In this document: positions 19,388 through 28,651 of the stretch, piece after piece | How the letters are laid out: the number at the start of each line of letters is the position of its first letter | Numbering within the stretch: the stretch's first letter is position 1 | Assembly (NCBI GenBank): GCA_043753995.1 | Contig: JAYUVP010000183.1 | Coordinates: 1 to 50,287, forward strand | Direction of reading: 5' to 3' | Length of the DNA stretch: 50,287 nt | From: Fibrobacterota bacterium | GTDB lineage: Bacteria; Fibrobacterota; Fibrobacteria; UBA11236 | Made by a program: the position numbers and the translations under genes | Notes under the pieces: generated by a model | Databases searched by the model: none | Told to the model about the DNA's origin: nothing | The model's input: the letters and a program-made list of their open reading frames with translations, nothing else

Positions 19388-20841
19388 CCGAAATCTCCCA
19401 GCACATGCAATGCCCCAAAGGAATAAGATCCTTGCCCACTCAACCGCAGGATTTCCCGCACCGTACCGGATAGGAATTGCTTCGACCTGCTATTGTTCGG
19501 ATGACTCCCCATCAAGTCCGCCGCATCGGTACCGCCTTTTTCACCCAATCGCAATCGCATGCCAAGCACCCAGGGATTTTGATCAGCATAAACACTGAAA
19601 TCGAAAGTCCAGGCATCCGGGCCCACGGAATTTCCCAACGGATAGCCACGATTGAGACTCTGCGAGGTGCCCGGGCTATAGTGGGTATAAACCCACGGTT
19701 CGACGCGAGCTACTTCGGCGATGGCTCCGAATTGTATGGCCTTGGCCATGCGAGGCAAGGTTCGCGAAGTGGCCAAGTGCATGCCTCCCACCGCAGCCCA
19801 CTTATTTCCCCAATTGTCGTCGAAGAGCGAAGACGGGCTCTGAATATCGTCAATAAGAAACTCACCATAAACGCGGCCCCAAGGGGCGAAGCGCCAATTC
19901 ACATCGGCGGCGATATTGCCATTGTTCAGGCTTTCATAGGCGCCGCCTTTAAAAATGAACAAAGGCAAAATAGGCAAGAAGGCGAAAGGCTCTTCATAGG
20001 AATAAACAATGAGCTGTTCGGAAATGCCGACAAGCCAATCGGATCCGAAGGCCCATTCATAACGGTGAGCATAAACCGATCGCGACTTGGCCTTTTTGTC
20101 GGACTCCCTATTGTCCTCAGTTTGCAATTGTCCGTACAAGGTCATGACTCGCAAGGGTCCGATGCCGGTTTGATAGCTGAGATAATGAAACGGGATGGCA
20201 TCGCGATGAAAGACCAAGTTTCCATAGAGCGCCGGTCCCCAATGCGGCGTGTCACGGCCTGCGCTGATTCGGCCAATGGCGGCGTCATAATTCAATTCGC
20301 CACGATAACGACTATAACTCGTATAAGCGACACTTCCCGAGGCCGATTCATCTTGCTTTTCAATGAATTCGCGATCATAACTGGCATGAGCGAAGTCTTC
20401 ATGCATTTCCGTGGTCATGCGCGCATCTAAGCGAAAAGAAAGTACACCGCGATAACCTTGGGCCAGTATGCCCATTTCCATCGCATGCGTCTTTTCCTCG
20501 TCCGTTCGCCACTCATAACCGGCAATGGGCGACAGACCGAGCCAGGCCGACTTCGAGGAATCGCTGAAAGCGAGACCTTTCCCCTGCTTGCATGGCATGG
20601 CGGAAATGCCACAGGGTTGGGGCATGGTAAACCCCAGGGCATGGCCAGCTTTTATGTCGGCACCGATTTGCCTTTCCAGAACGAAAGGCTCGCCTAGCCT
20701 AAGGGAATAGGGCCGGTCTATGGGTTGATACACGTTGCCATGCGCAATGGCGACGCTTTCCGACCTAGCTTGGCCCGAGGCCATGGATGCCAGGGCCAAC
20801 GAATAAAAGACAGGCAGAGCAAATTCAGCTTGCAATCGCAT
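19327..20841 (-). CDS. Capsule assembly Wzi-like outer-membrane beta-barrel
   Basis: Signal peptide after MRLQAE; GRDTPHWGP..GNL, HRYEW, YGEFLIDD, EVARVEPWVYTH and PLG...GPD motifs; ends in an aromatic strand (VGVRWL). Confidence 0.75.
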   Translation of the reverse strand: MRLQAEFALPVFYSLALASMASGQARSESVAIAHGNVYQPIDRPYSLRLGEPFVLERQIGADIKAGHALGFTMPQPCGISAMPCKQGKGLAFSDSSKSAWLGLSPIAGYEWRTDEEKTHAMEMGILAQGYRGVLSFRLDARMTTEMHEDFAHASYDREFIEKQDESASGSVAYTSYSRYRGELNYDAAIGRISAGRDTPHWGPALYGNLVFHRDAIPFHYLSYQTGIGPLRVMTLYGQLQTEDNRESDKKAKSRSVYAHRYEWAFGSDWLVGISEQLIVYSYEEPFAFLPILPLFIFKGGAYESLNNGNIAADVNWRFAPWGRVYGEFLIDDIQSPSSLFDDNWGNKWAAVGGMHLATSRTLPRMAKAIQFGAIAEVARVEPWVYTHYSPGTSQSLNRGYPLGNSVGPDAWTFDFSVYADQNPWVLGMRLRLGEKGGTDAADLMGSHPNNSRSKQFLSGTVREILRLSGQGSYSFGALHVLGDFGYEKIAGGGSPVGWVGVRWL

Positions 20842-22084
20842 GGGCCTGCTTTGCTGTGCAGAATTCCGATAATGCCGCGACAACAGTCTCTCTCTCATTT
20901 GCTTTCAGCTTTCCATGCAGGGGAAGGCTTAAGCACTGTCGACTGACCCTAAACGCGACAGGATAAGCCATTTCTATTGCTGATTCGAGTCCAAAAGCTT
21001 CCACTTGGGAACTATCAGCAAAGCCTGAGAATGCCGGAGACTCCGGCAATAACCGAGGATAATGGCAAATGACAGGCAGGCCTTTTCCCGACAGGAATTT
21101 TATCAATTCATCACGATATACACTAAGGACAGTGAAGAAAGACCACGCGGAGAAATGGCCGAAAGGCTCTTCCGGTATTTTTAAGTCCTCATCCAAATAA
21201 ATCAAGGCCTGCCGATATTCCTCCGCGACCGCTCGCCTTGATTTCAACTCTTCGTCGAGGCTAGGCAGCATTTCCAGCAATACCGCCGCCTGAATTGAAT
21301 CAAGCCGGCTATTCATGCCCACTTCCACATGCCAATATTTTTCGGCCTGGCCATGATCCCGCAATTGGCGCAAACGTGCAGCCAAATTCGAGTCGGCGGT
21401 GAATACGGCTCCACCGTCTCCGAAGCAACCCAAAGTTTTCGTCGGGTAAAAACTGGTGGTGGCGATATCGGCAAGGCTTCCGGCTCTTTTTCCGAAATAG
21501 GAGGCTCCCATGCTTTGGGCCGCATCCTCAATCAAATACAATCCGTCGGCAACCGCGACTTTTCGCAAGGCCTGATAATCCGCTGGCAAGCCGAAGGTGT
21601 CGATGGCAATGATGGCGCGAGGCAAAATCTTTCGGTCCGAACCCGCGGGGGTTTTCATGAAGGCATGTAACCTGCGCGAGACGTCTTCGGGATCGAGATT
21701 GAAGGTCACAGCATCGATGTCCGCGAAAATAGGCGTCGCTCCGACAAGCATCACGGCCTCCGCGGCGGCAGCAAATCCGAAAGCGGGGATCACCACGGCA
21801 TGACCCGACCCAATGTCCAAAGCCATTAATGCGAGGCGCAAAGCATCGGTTCCGGAGGCGCAGGTGATGGTGTGAACCGACATTGTTAGTGAAGGCACTG
21901 CCGGAGCGAGCGCGCCAGGGGAGAGCCATTCTAAGGGGGTCCCGACCCATTGCGACAGGGCGGCTTCCAGCTCCTTGACCTCGGGGCCTAGGATGAATTT
22001 TCCATGATCGACCACCCGGGCCATTCTCGCCAAAATGGCTTCGCGATGCGCCTGCAAGCGCGCATGCATTCCTGAGATTTCCAT
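20825..22084 (-). CDS. DegT/DnrJ/EryC1/StrS PLP-dependent sugar aminotransferase (WbpE-like)
   Basis: FILGPEV, SGTDAL, EDAAQSMGA, SFYPTKTLGCFGDGG (PLP lysine) and NSRLDSIQAA. Start uncertain (22084-22123). Confidence 0.92.
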   Translation of the reverse strand: MEISGMHARLQAHREAILARMARVVDHGKFILGPEVKELEAALSQWVGTPLEWLSPGALAPAVPSLTMSVHTITCASGTDALRLALMALDIGSGHAVVIPAFGFAAAAEAVMLVGATPIFADIDAVTFNLDPEDVSRRLHAFMKTPAGSDRKILPRAIIAIDTFGLPADYQALRKVAVADGLYLIEDAAQSMGASYFGKRAGSLADIATTSFYPTKTLGCFGDGGAVFTADSNLAARLRQLRDHGQAEKYWHVEVGMNSRLDSIQAAVLLEMLPSLDEELKSRRAVAEEYRQALIYLDEDLKIPEEPFGHFSAWSFFTVLSVYRDELIKFLSGKGLPVICHYPRLLPESPAFSGFADSSQVEAFGLESAIEMAYPVAFRVSRQCLSLPLHGKLKANERETVVAALSEFCTAKQAHAIAS

Positions 22085-22133
22085 TGGCTTCAAATTAGCC
22101 CAAAATGTTAGAGCCGGTCTCAAAACTTTAGAA

Positions 22134-22607
22134 TTATCGCGCCGCCAACCAAATAATTAATACCCAAATCGGAAGCATGAGTATTCCGAAAAGGAGGGTG
22201 TTTTTCACGAAAATATTCTCAATCAACATCTTGTGATGCGAAAGAGCCCGAGTCAAAGTCAGTTTCAAAAAGTCGGTTTTCAACGGAAGATTCAGAACAT
22301 CGTAAGCGCCTAATCGCATGTATTGAAAGGCCGAGATCTCTTCCTTTTTCGAGGCGGCGATGAGAACTATGGTATTCCGGCGCACCAATTGAAAAAGTTT
22401 GAAAAGTCGCACCGGCCAATGCTTTAAGATGGGGATGTCCAAAATGACTATGGGCTGCTTGTGAGCGCGAAATTTTCGAATTCCATCGACACGAGAGTCG
22501 CTATGCTCCACGAAATATCCATACCCGGAAAGCAAGGTCACCAATTCATCTCGCAAAGAGGAATTGTGGCTTATCACTAAAACGCGGTGGCGATGGCTAG
22601 TGGTCAT
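22134..22607 (-). CDS. Degenerate receiver-domain protein with C-terminal transmembrane helix
   Basis: CheY-like pattern RVLVISHN / IVILDI / IVLIAAS / LGAYDVLNLP, with the acidic pocket and conserved Lys missing; hydrophobic tail LLFGILMLPIWVLIIWLAA. Confidence 0.75.
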   Translation of the reverse strand: MTTSHRHRVLVISHNSSLRDELVTLLSGYGYFVEHSDSRVDGIRKFRAHKQPIVILDIPILKHWPVRLFKLFQLVRRNTIVLIAASKKEEISAFQYMRLGAYDVLNLPLKTDFLKLTLTRALSHHKMLIENIFVKNTLLFGILMLPIWVLIIWLAAR

Positions 22608-22616
22608 AACAACTCA

Positions 22617-24167
22617 TTAGACCTGGGGAGGCTGCTGGCGCATGGCAAGCTCGGCCAGGGAAAAGCGCGTCCCCTGCGGCACTGCTTTTAAGGCCTTACT
22701 GCTCTTGGCCGGCCGACTGGTCATGGTTTCCAGGTGCCGCATCAATTCTTGAACCTGAATCGGTTTAGATGCGAATTGAATGTGCTGAAACCCCTCTTTA
22801 TTCCACTGCTTCACCCTGGCGATTTCGGCTTCGCCGGCAATGACAATGGCGGGAACTTCCTGGAATTCTTCCGCACGCAATAGCGCGGTCCATTGCTCAT
22901 CGAAATTGGCTGGGTCGGAATTGTGCACGATGACGGCAGAAAGATCGGCACCCATATAGGCCGTGAGCTTTTTCGGCACCGACAAGAAATCGAAAGAGTC
23001 TTGATTATAGCTCTTCAAGGAATGCAGGAAAACTTCATCGGGTTCGACAATGCCGACAATGCGACCGGGCATGGCCTTCACTCTAGGCACAAAGAGCCAA
23101 GCACGTTGGCCGATAAAGCCCAGCCGATTAAGCAATAAAAAGCTGCTGAGGATGAGGTAAGCCATTAAAAGCTCTCGGCCCGTCGACGACAAACGCGTCA
23201 TGGCAAAGCCCGCAGCCGTGAATCCCGTGGCAACTATGATCAATAAAAACGTGGTCTGCAAATGCGATAAGCCGAGGTAGACCAAGCGATGATGCAGGTG
23301 ATCGTTGTCGGCGGCGAACATGCGGGAGAGGCGGGCGGCCAAACTTTTTTGACCCTTTTTAAGAAAGCGACGGCTCATGGCCACCGAAATGTCGAATAGG
23401 GGATAGCCCACCAGCAGTAGGGTAGCAGGCAAGCTAAAGCCCATGTCGGGCATGCCATTGACTTCAATGGCGAGTATGGCCAGCATAGCCCCGAGGAATT
23501 GCGAGCCGGTATCGCCGAGAAACACTTTGTGACTGCGGTGAAAATTGAAGCGGAGAAAGCCCAGCACGGGGCCGGCCACCAAGCAACAAACAAAGGCCAA
23601 GTCCTGAGCGCCATTGCTCCAGGCCACCATGCCCATGCCGACCAAGGAGGTCAAGGTCACGCCGGCGGCGAGACCATCGATGCCGTCAATGATGTTCACG
23701 GCATTCATTAAAGCGACTATCCAGAAAATCGAGATGAGTAGGCTGGCATCACCTAAAAGCATTTCATGGCCTAAGAAGCGAAGCACCTCGAATTTGGCGC
23801 CGAACACGCAAACCGCCACCCCCGCCAGTAAAAACTGAAGCAAGAACTTGGCTTTATAATTCAAGGGATGAACATCGTCGAGGGTACCCGCCCCCAGGAG
23901 GAACAAACCCACAAAGCCGAGTAAGCCCAGGAATTTTCGATCGGTTTGAGCCAGTGCGGCGACGTCCAAAAGGCCGGCCATGCAGACCAGGCTCAAGAAG
24001 GCTACGACAATGGCAAGGCCTCCGATACGGGGCACAACCCATTGATGCACCTTGCGATGATCCGGGGTATCGGCGAAGTAACGGACCAGAGGCGTGCGCA
24101 CCAGTACCCAGAGCAAAGAGGCTGAGGCGAAGAAGCCGAGTGTCGTGATGTAGAGGTAGGTTAGCAT
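22617..24167 (-). CDS. wecA: Undecaprenyl-phosphate GlcNAc-1-phosphate transferase (WecA/MraY family) fused to a C-terminal pseudo-receiver domain
   Basis: PRIGGLAI, LDDV, NAVNIIDGIDGLA, FLGDTGS and HLHH motifs. The extra cytoplasmic tail of about 150 aa has a receiver pattern ending FASKPIQVQELMRHL. Confidence 0.88.
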   Translation of the reverse strand: MLTYLYITTLGFFASASLLWVLVRTPLVRYFADTPDHRKVHQWVVPRIGGLAIVVAFLSLVCMAGLLDVAALAQTDRKFLGLLGFVGLFLLGAGTLDDVHPLNYKAKFLLQFLLAGVAVCVFGAKFEVLRFLGHEMLLGDASLLISIFWIVALMNAVNIIDGIDGLAAGVTLTSLVGMGMVAWSNGAQDLAFVCCLVAGPVLGFLRFNFHRSHKVFLGDTGSQFLGAMLAILAIEVNGMPDMGFSLPATLLLVGYPLFDISVAMSRRFLKKGQKSLAARLSRMFAADNDHLHHRLVYLGLSHLQTTFLLIIVATGFTAAGFAMTRLSSTGRELLMAYLILSSFLLLNRLGFIGQRAWLFVPRVKAMPGRIVGIVEPDEVFLHSLKSYNQDSFDFLSVPKKLTAYMGADLSAVIVHNSDPANFDEQWTALLRAEEFQEVPAIVIAGEAEIARVKQWNKEGFQHIQFASKPIQVQELMRHLETMTSRPAKSSKALKAVPQGTRFSLAELAMRQQPPQV

Positions 24168-24282
24168 GGTCGGATTTGTGTCAAATGCAAAGCTATTATT
24201 GAACTTGTTCGGTTTCGATGCAAGATTATTTGCGCCTTGTCTTTTTGTCGCACGGAAAGAAAATCAAAAGAGGACTTGTCAG

Positions 24283-26034
24283 TTGAACCGAAATTGTAGT
24301 AGTAGCCGATGCGGGTCCTTAACCGTAGCCATTTTGTGTTTGAGTTGGGGCCTGTCGGTGAAAATTTGCGCGCAAATGCCTTCCCCGGGTTGGAATCTCG
24401 CCCTTTTGCCTTCACCTGCCTCGCCCGGAGCATATTTCCCTTTGGATCCGGATGCGGCGCTTTGGTTGACCGCCCAAAATCGAGACGCTTTTCAAACCGT
24501 TTGGCCTCTCAACTGGGGAGATTTGCCGCCCGATTCCGCCTTGCCTCCTGCAATCTCGCAAGCCAAATTGCGATACCCCGCACGTTTGTCAGGAAATTTT
24601 GGCAGCTATCCAGGTGGCAAAATTTATCCGTTCGGGAAGCCCTTCGAATTTTTTCATGGTGACTGGGGGTCTATGCGCCTTTCCGCCGAACAAGGCGTGG
24701 CGAATGCCTCGGTGCCCCCCGCGTCCTCTTTGGAATTAGCCTATCCCCTGTCGTCCCAGGTTTTCTTCGCGGCTCGCGCCTCGCTCAAGCGCGATATCCG
24801 AGCTTGGCATCAGGACGAACTTGGGCGGAATTGGCCAATGAAAGCCGACGAAGTGGATTTGAATGAGCCTAGTCTAGGCTATTTGACGGCTCAAAACGAC
24901 TGGGGCCGCTTTATTTTCGGCCGCTTTCCCGTGCATATGGGCGCATCGCCTGAATTCAGTCTTATGCTGGGTGGCCAAAAACCTTGGCAAGACGGCGCCC
25001 TGATCACACTGAAAACTCCCTTGGTTCGCTATCACTTTTTCTTCGCTAGTCTCAACCCTTGGCTACAAGGCTCACCGCAAGGCAAGTTTTCCAGCGACTC
25101 GGTGCCCGTGGGCTCCGAAGCTTGGCAACAAACGCATTATCCCAACGCTTGGGCCGAGAATGCCCATAATCGCGTTTATGCCGCGCGCGCCAAAAGCCTT
25201 GTCATTCACCGTTTGGAATTTCATGGCTCTTGGCGCGATTACGGTATCACTCTGGGCATCAGTGAAATGCAAGCCATAGGCGGCAAGGTTCCCGACCTAT
25301 ATGACATAGCGCCTTTCATGGTCTGGCACAATGATTTCAAATACGGATACACCAATAATCTCGTGCAAATCGACGCACGTCTCCACTTTCCTTATGGCAT
25401 CACGGCTTTCGGAGAATTGGCCATGGATGATTTACCCTATGCCCCCAAGGAAGGTCCGAAACAGCATGCCATACTGGGCACCTTGCTTGGCTTGGAAGAG
25501 CGCGGCGCTTCCTCTCGTCTCTCCTGGGTGCAGCGCCTGCATTGGATACGCACCGATCCCCTGCTTTACCGCTTCTTGCAACCACTGAACACTCTCTATG
25601 CCAGGCAAACTTTAAGCAGCAATAATCAACCGGCCAGCGAGGCGACCTTCATCGATCGCTTTGTCATCGATTATCCTGCTGGCTATGTTCGCGGCGGCGA
25701 CGCCGAGGATATTTGGTATTCAGGATCGGGCTATTTCTCTCCATTTTCGATTTTGTCCCGCGGCCTTTTCGCCACCGTGAAAGCAGCCTATTTGCAACAT
25801 GGGGAAATCAACCTGGATACACCGCATCAGACCATCAACAATGCTACGTCACCCCCCTCGGGCCGAGTTTTGGAAGAATGGCGCGGCGAACTTTCTGCTG
25901 CCCTGCCTATGTCGCGAGGCTTTACCTTACGACTCGGTTTGGGAGGTTCAAAATGGGAGCGCGCCGATTTAGGTGGCGAACATTTTTGGGGCGAAGCCGG
26001 TTTGCAATGGCAATGGGATGCGAGACGGCCATGA
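24283..26034 (+). CDS. Second Wzi-like outer-membrane beta-barrel
   Basis: GRFPVHMG, HRLEF, GISEMQ, FGELAMDD, RTDPLLY and PAGYVRGGD parallel the motifs of the 19327-20841 gene. Probable TTG start at 24283 with GAGGA upstream, then a signal-like segment. Confidence 0.65.
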   Translation: MNRNCSSSRCGSLTVAILCLSWGLSVKICAQMPSPGWNLALLPSPASPGAYFPLDPDAALWLTAQNRDAFQTVWPLNWGDLPPDSALPPAISQAKLRYPARLSGNFGSYPGGKIYPFGKPFEFFHGDWGSMRLSAEQGVANASVPPASSLELAYPLSSQVFFAARASLKRDIRAWHQDELGRNWPMKADEVDLNEPSLGYLTAQNDWGRFIFGRFPVHMGASPEFSLMLGGQKPWQDGALITLKTPLVRYHFFFASLNPWLQGSPQGKFSSDSVPVGSEAWQQTHYPNAWAENAHNRVYAARAKSLVIHRLEFHGSWRDYGITLGISEMQAIGGKVPDLYDIAPFMVWHNDFKYGYTNNLVQIDARLHFPYGITAFGELAMDDLPYAPKEGPKQHAILGTLLGLEERGASSRLSWVQRLHWIRTDPLLYRFLQPLNTLYARQTLSSNNQPASEATFIDRFVIDYPAGYVRGGDAEDIWYSGSGYFSPFSILSRGLFATVKAAYLQHGEINLDTPHQTINNATSPPSGRVLEEWRGELSAALPMSRGFTLRLGLGGSKWERADLGGEHFWGEAGLQWQWDARRP

Positions 26035-26966
26035 ATAAAGCTTCGATTCGATTCCGGTTTTGGCTGGGAATCTCGTTACTGCTTCTGGCTCCCATGCTGT
26101 GGGCGCAAAATGACATGGACACTTCGGTAGCGACCGTGCCACCCTCGGAAAAAATTTGCGGTCAAGTCGATTCGCTGCAGCGGTTGGCCTGCTTTGACTC
26201 TTTGCAAGCCGCGCGCTTAAAGCGAGATTCCTTGTTGCGTGCCGAAACAAAGACGACGGCGAAAGACGCTACGGACGATCCCGTCGCTCAAGAGAGAACA
26301 TCGAACTATGCCATTGGCCTAGCCGCGGATTTAGGCCGCACCGGCTGGGTTTCCGACGATTTGGCCAAGGCCGTTTTCGTGGTGGCGGCCGTGGCGGCCG
26401 TGGGAGGCACCTTGTTTTATCTCCCCTATTTGGCTTATAAAATGATTGTGAATCGTGAGAATTATCCCATTGAGCATGAAATCGGTGCTTCCTACACCTA
26501 TTCCAGCATGAATTGGGAAGGCGGCGGATCGACCCTGTATCGCGACACTCATATGCCCGGCTTGCGATATACCGTTTTGATTGCTCCACCCAAGGTGGGC
26601 TTGGGCTTAACCCTTGAAGGCGGCTATCTCGCCCCAAGTTTCGATCGCAGCTTGAATGTCAGGGACAATGTCGACCTAGGCGGAGCCTATGTTCTCGTGG
26701 GGCCCATTTTGCGTTTTGCGCCGAGGTCACCCATCGGCTTTTCCCTGGAGTTTTTGAACGGAACCTCCAGTGCAGAAGCTGTGGGCTGGGTTTCGAAGGC
26801 CCGCGCCAATTTGCAAGCGCGCTTGGGTGAGCATGCCTTGATGGGCTTGAATCTCGGCTCCTTGTTTTATGACTTGCATTTCTTTGACGGCACAGTATGG
26901 CGGCAAGGGGCTTTCAATCGCGACTTGTCCCTGACCCTCGGCTTAGAATTCGGGTATCGCTTCTAA
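26031..26966 (+). CDS. Outer-membrane beta-barrel hypothetical protein
   Basis: ATGA overlap with the upstream stop; signal peptide MNKASIRFRFWLGISLLLLAPMLWAQ; amphipathic strands and C-terminal GLEFGYRF (BAM-type signal). Confidence 0.7.
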   Translation: MNKASIRFRFWLGISLLLLAPMLWAQNDMDTSVATVPPSEKICGQVDSLQRLACFDSLQAARLKRDSLLRAETKTTAKDATDDPVAQERTSNYAIGLAADLGRTGWVSDDLAKAVFVVAAVAAVGGTLFYLPYLAYKMIVNRENYPIEHEIGASYTYSSMNWEGGGSTLYRDTHMPGLRYTVLIAPPKVGLGLTLEGGYLAPSFDRSLNVRDNVDLGGAYVLVGPILRFAPRSPIGFSLEFLNGTSSAEAVGWVSKARANLQARLGEHALMGLNLGSLFYDLHFFDGTVWRQGAFNRDLSLTLGLEFGYRF

Positions 26967-27019
26967 GTCCACGCTTTCACCCTGTGCAATCCCCCCTTCC
27001 AGGCTCTACCTTGGAGGGA

Positions 27020-28621
27020 ATGCCCGAAGCTGTCCAAAATTCACCCGGGCCTGTGGTCCTGGTCCTAAATCGTCTCTCTGACTTGCTGCAAGGCGCGTCG
27101 CGCGAAATTTTTGAAGAACAAGTTCTACCTGGATTTTTAGCTCGGCAACGATGGTTTGCGGGCAAAGGACGCGTTCTTCGCTTCGTGCGCATTTTCAAAT
27201 CGACTTCTTGGAAAACCGCGACGGCTGAAACACTTTGGCTTGCCGCGCGCGTCGATTATGCCGAGGGGCCCTATGAGCTCTATCAAATTCCCTTGTGCTT
27301 CGCTTTTGAATCGGGCCCTTGGCCAGATAGCGCCAGCTTCGGCGCAGCCCAAGTGGATAGCAAGCCCGGCCATTTGATCGATGCCTTAAGCTTGCCGTCC
27401 TTCATCGACGACTTGGTGCAGCGCATGATAGGCGGACCCAATCGCAAGCCCAATGCGGGGCCCGAGGCCATTGCCCTGTTTGAATCGGGCGATAAGCTCG
27501 AAGCCGAGGTTTCTCAGGTATTACGGGAGGCCGCCTCCGACATCGCTTCGCGTGTCTTGAATGCCGATCAAAGCAATACCGGAGTCCTATTGGGCTCGCA
27601 CTTTTTCATGAAATTCTATCGTCGCCTAGAAGCGGGAGTGTCGCCCGAAGCCGAGATGGTGCGCTACCTGGGTGAGACCGCGCATTTCACAGGCACGCCG
27701 GCTTGGCGCGGCGAATTGCAATTGCGTCCTGCCGGCGGCGAAGCGTCGGCCCTCGCCATGATTACCGATCAAGTTCCAAGCCCCACCAATGCCTGGGATT
27801 TTTTGCTGACTTCCTTGCGCAAGGGGACCCAAGATGCGCAAGAGGGAAGCTCGCGCAAGACCCTGGATTTGGCGAATGCTATGGGAAGGCGTACCGTGGA
27901 AATGCATGCCGCCTTGGGACAAGGGCAAAGCGCGGCCTTCGCCTCGGAGCCCTTCGCCGTAGGCGAGCCCTCGCGTTTGGCGCGCGCCATTACCGCCCAG
28001 GTCGAACTTTCCCTGGAAGAATTGGCGCAGCAACGCTCCAGCTTAAGCGCGGCGTGGCAAAGGGCCGCCGAAACTTTGCTCGATCAGCGCGAAAGCCTGC
28101 TCGCCCCTTTGCAGCGCCTTGGCGAAGCCCCGGCGGCGGCCCTTGGGCTCAAAATCCGCACTCATGGGGATTTTCATTTGGGCCAAGTACTCGTGCATGC
28201 CGATGGCGTCGCCATACTCGATTTCGAAGGCGAGCCGGCGAGGACTCTGGCCGAGCGCCGCGCCAAGCAGTCTCCTCTGAGAGACGTGGCAGGCATGTTA
28301 CGTAGCCTGCATTATGTTTCCGTAGGCGCCCGCCTATTGCCTTCGGAAGGCCACCCCGTCCCCGATATTGCCACCCTGGAGCAATGGCATCTTGCCGCGC
28401 ATGCCGCCTATATGTCCGGATATTATGCGGGACTGGCCACCCAGCCCAGCCAGATCGGACATTTCGATAGCCTCTTGCCTACCAAGGATTTATCGCCGGT
28501 ATTGCTGGCCGCCTTCACCTTGGAAAAAGCCGCTTATGAATTGCGCTATGAATTGCATCATCGGCCCGATTGGGTGGGCATACCTCTGGGTGGCTGGCTC
28601 AGCCTGCTGCAAGCCAAGTGA
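27020..28621 (+). CDS. Putative maltokinase (Mak/Pep2, TreS-associated kinase family)
   Basis: RQRWFAGKGR, DQSNT, IRTHGDFHLGQVL, ILDFEGEP, SPLRDVAGMLRS and EKAAYELRYELHHRPDWVGIPL motifs. Start uncertain. Confidence 0.88.
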   Translation: MPEAVQNSPGPVVLVLNRLSDLLQGASREIFEEQVLPGFLARQRWFAGKGRVLRFVRIFKSTSWKTATAETLWLAARVDYAEGPYELYQIPLCFAFESGPWPDSASFGAAQVDSKPGHLIDALSLPSFIDDLVQRMIGGPNRKPNAGPEAIALFESGDKLEAEVSQVLREAASDIASRVLNADQSNTGVLLGSHFFMKFYRRLEAGVSPEAEMVRYLGETAHFTGTPAWRGELQLRPAGGEASALAMITDQVPSPTNAWDFLLTSLRKGTQDAQEGSSRKTLDLANAMGRRTVEMHAALGQGQSAAFASEPFAVGEPSRLARAITAQVELSLEELAQQRSSLSAAWQRAAETLLDQRESLLAPLQRLGEAPAAALGLKIRTHGDFHLGQVLVHADGVAILDFEGEPARTLAERRAKQSPLRDVAGMLRSLHYVSVGARLLPSEGHPVPDIATLEQWHLAAHAAYMSGYYAGLATQPSQIGHFDSLLPTKDLSPVLLAAFTLEKAAYELRYELHHRPDWVGIPLGGWLSLLQAK

Positions 28622-28651
28622 GCCTTGAGGATGGGGCATGAAATCTCGTGT

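Noticed and set aside
19477..20430. 317-aa plus-strand ORF
   Set aside because: It is entirely antisense to the Wzi-like gene and has no recognisable motifs; a shadow ORF.
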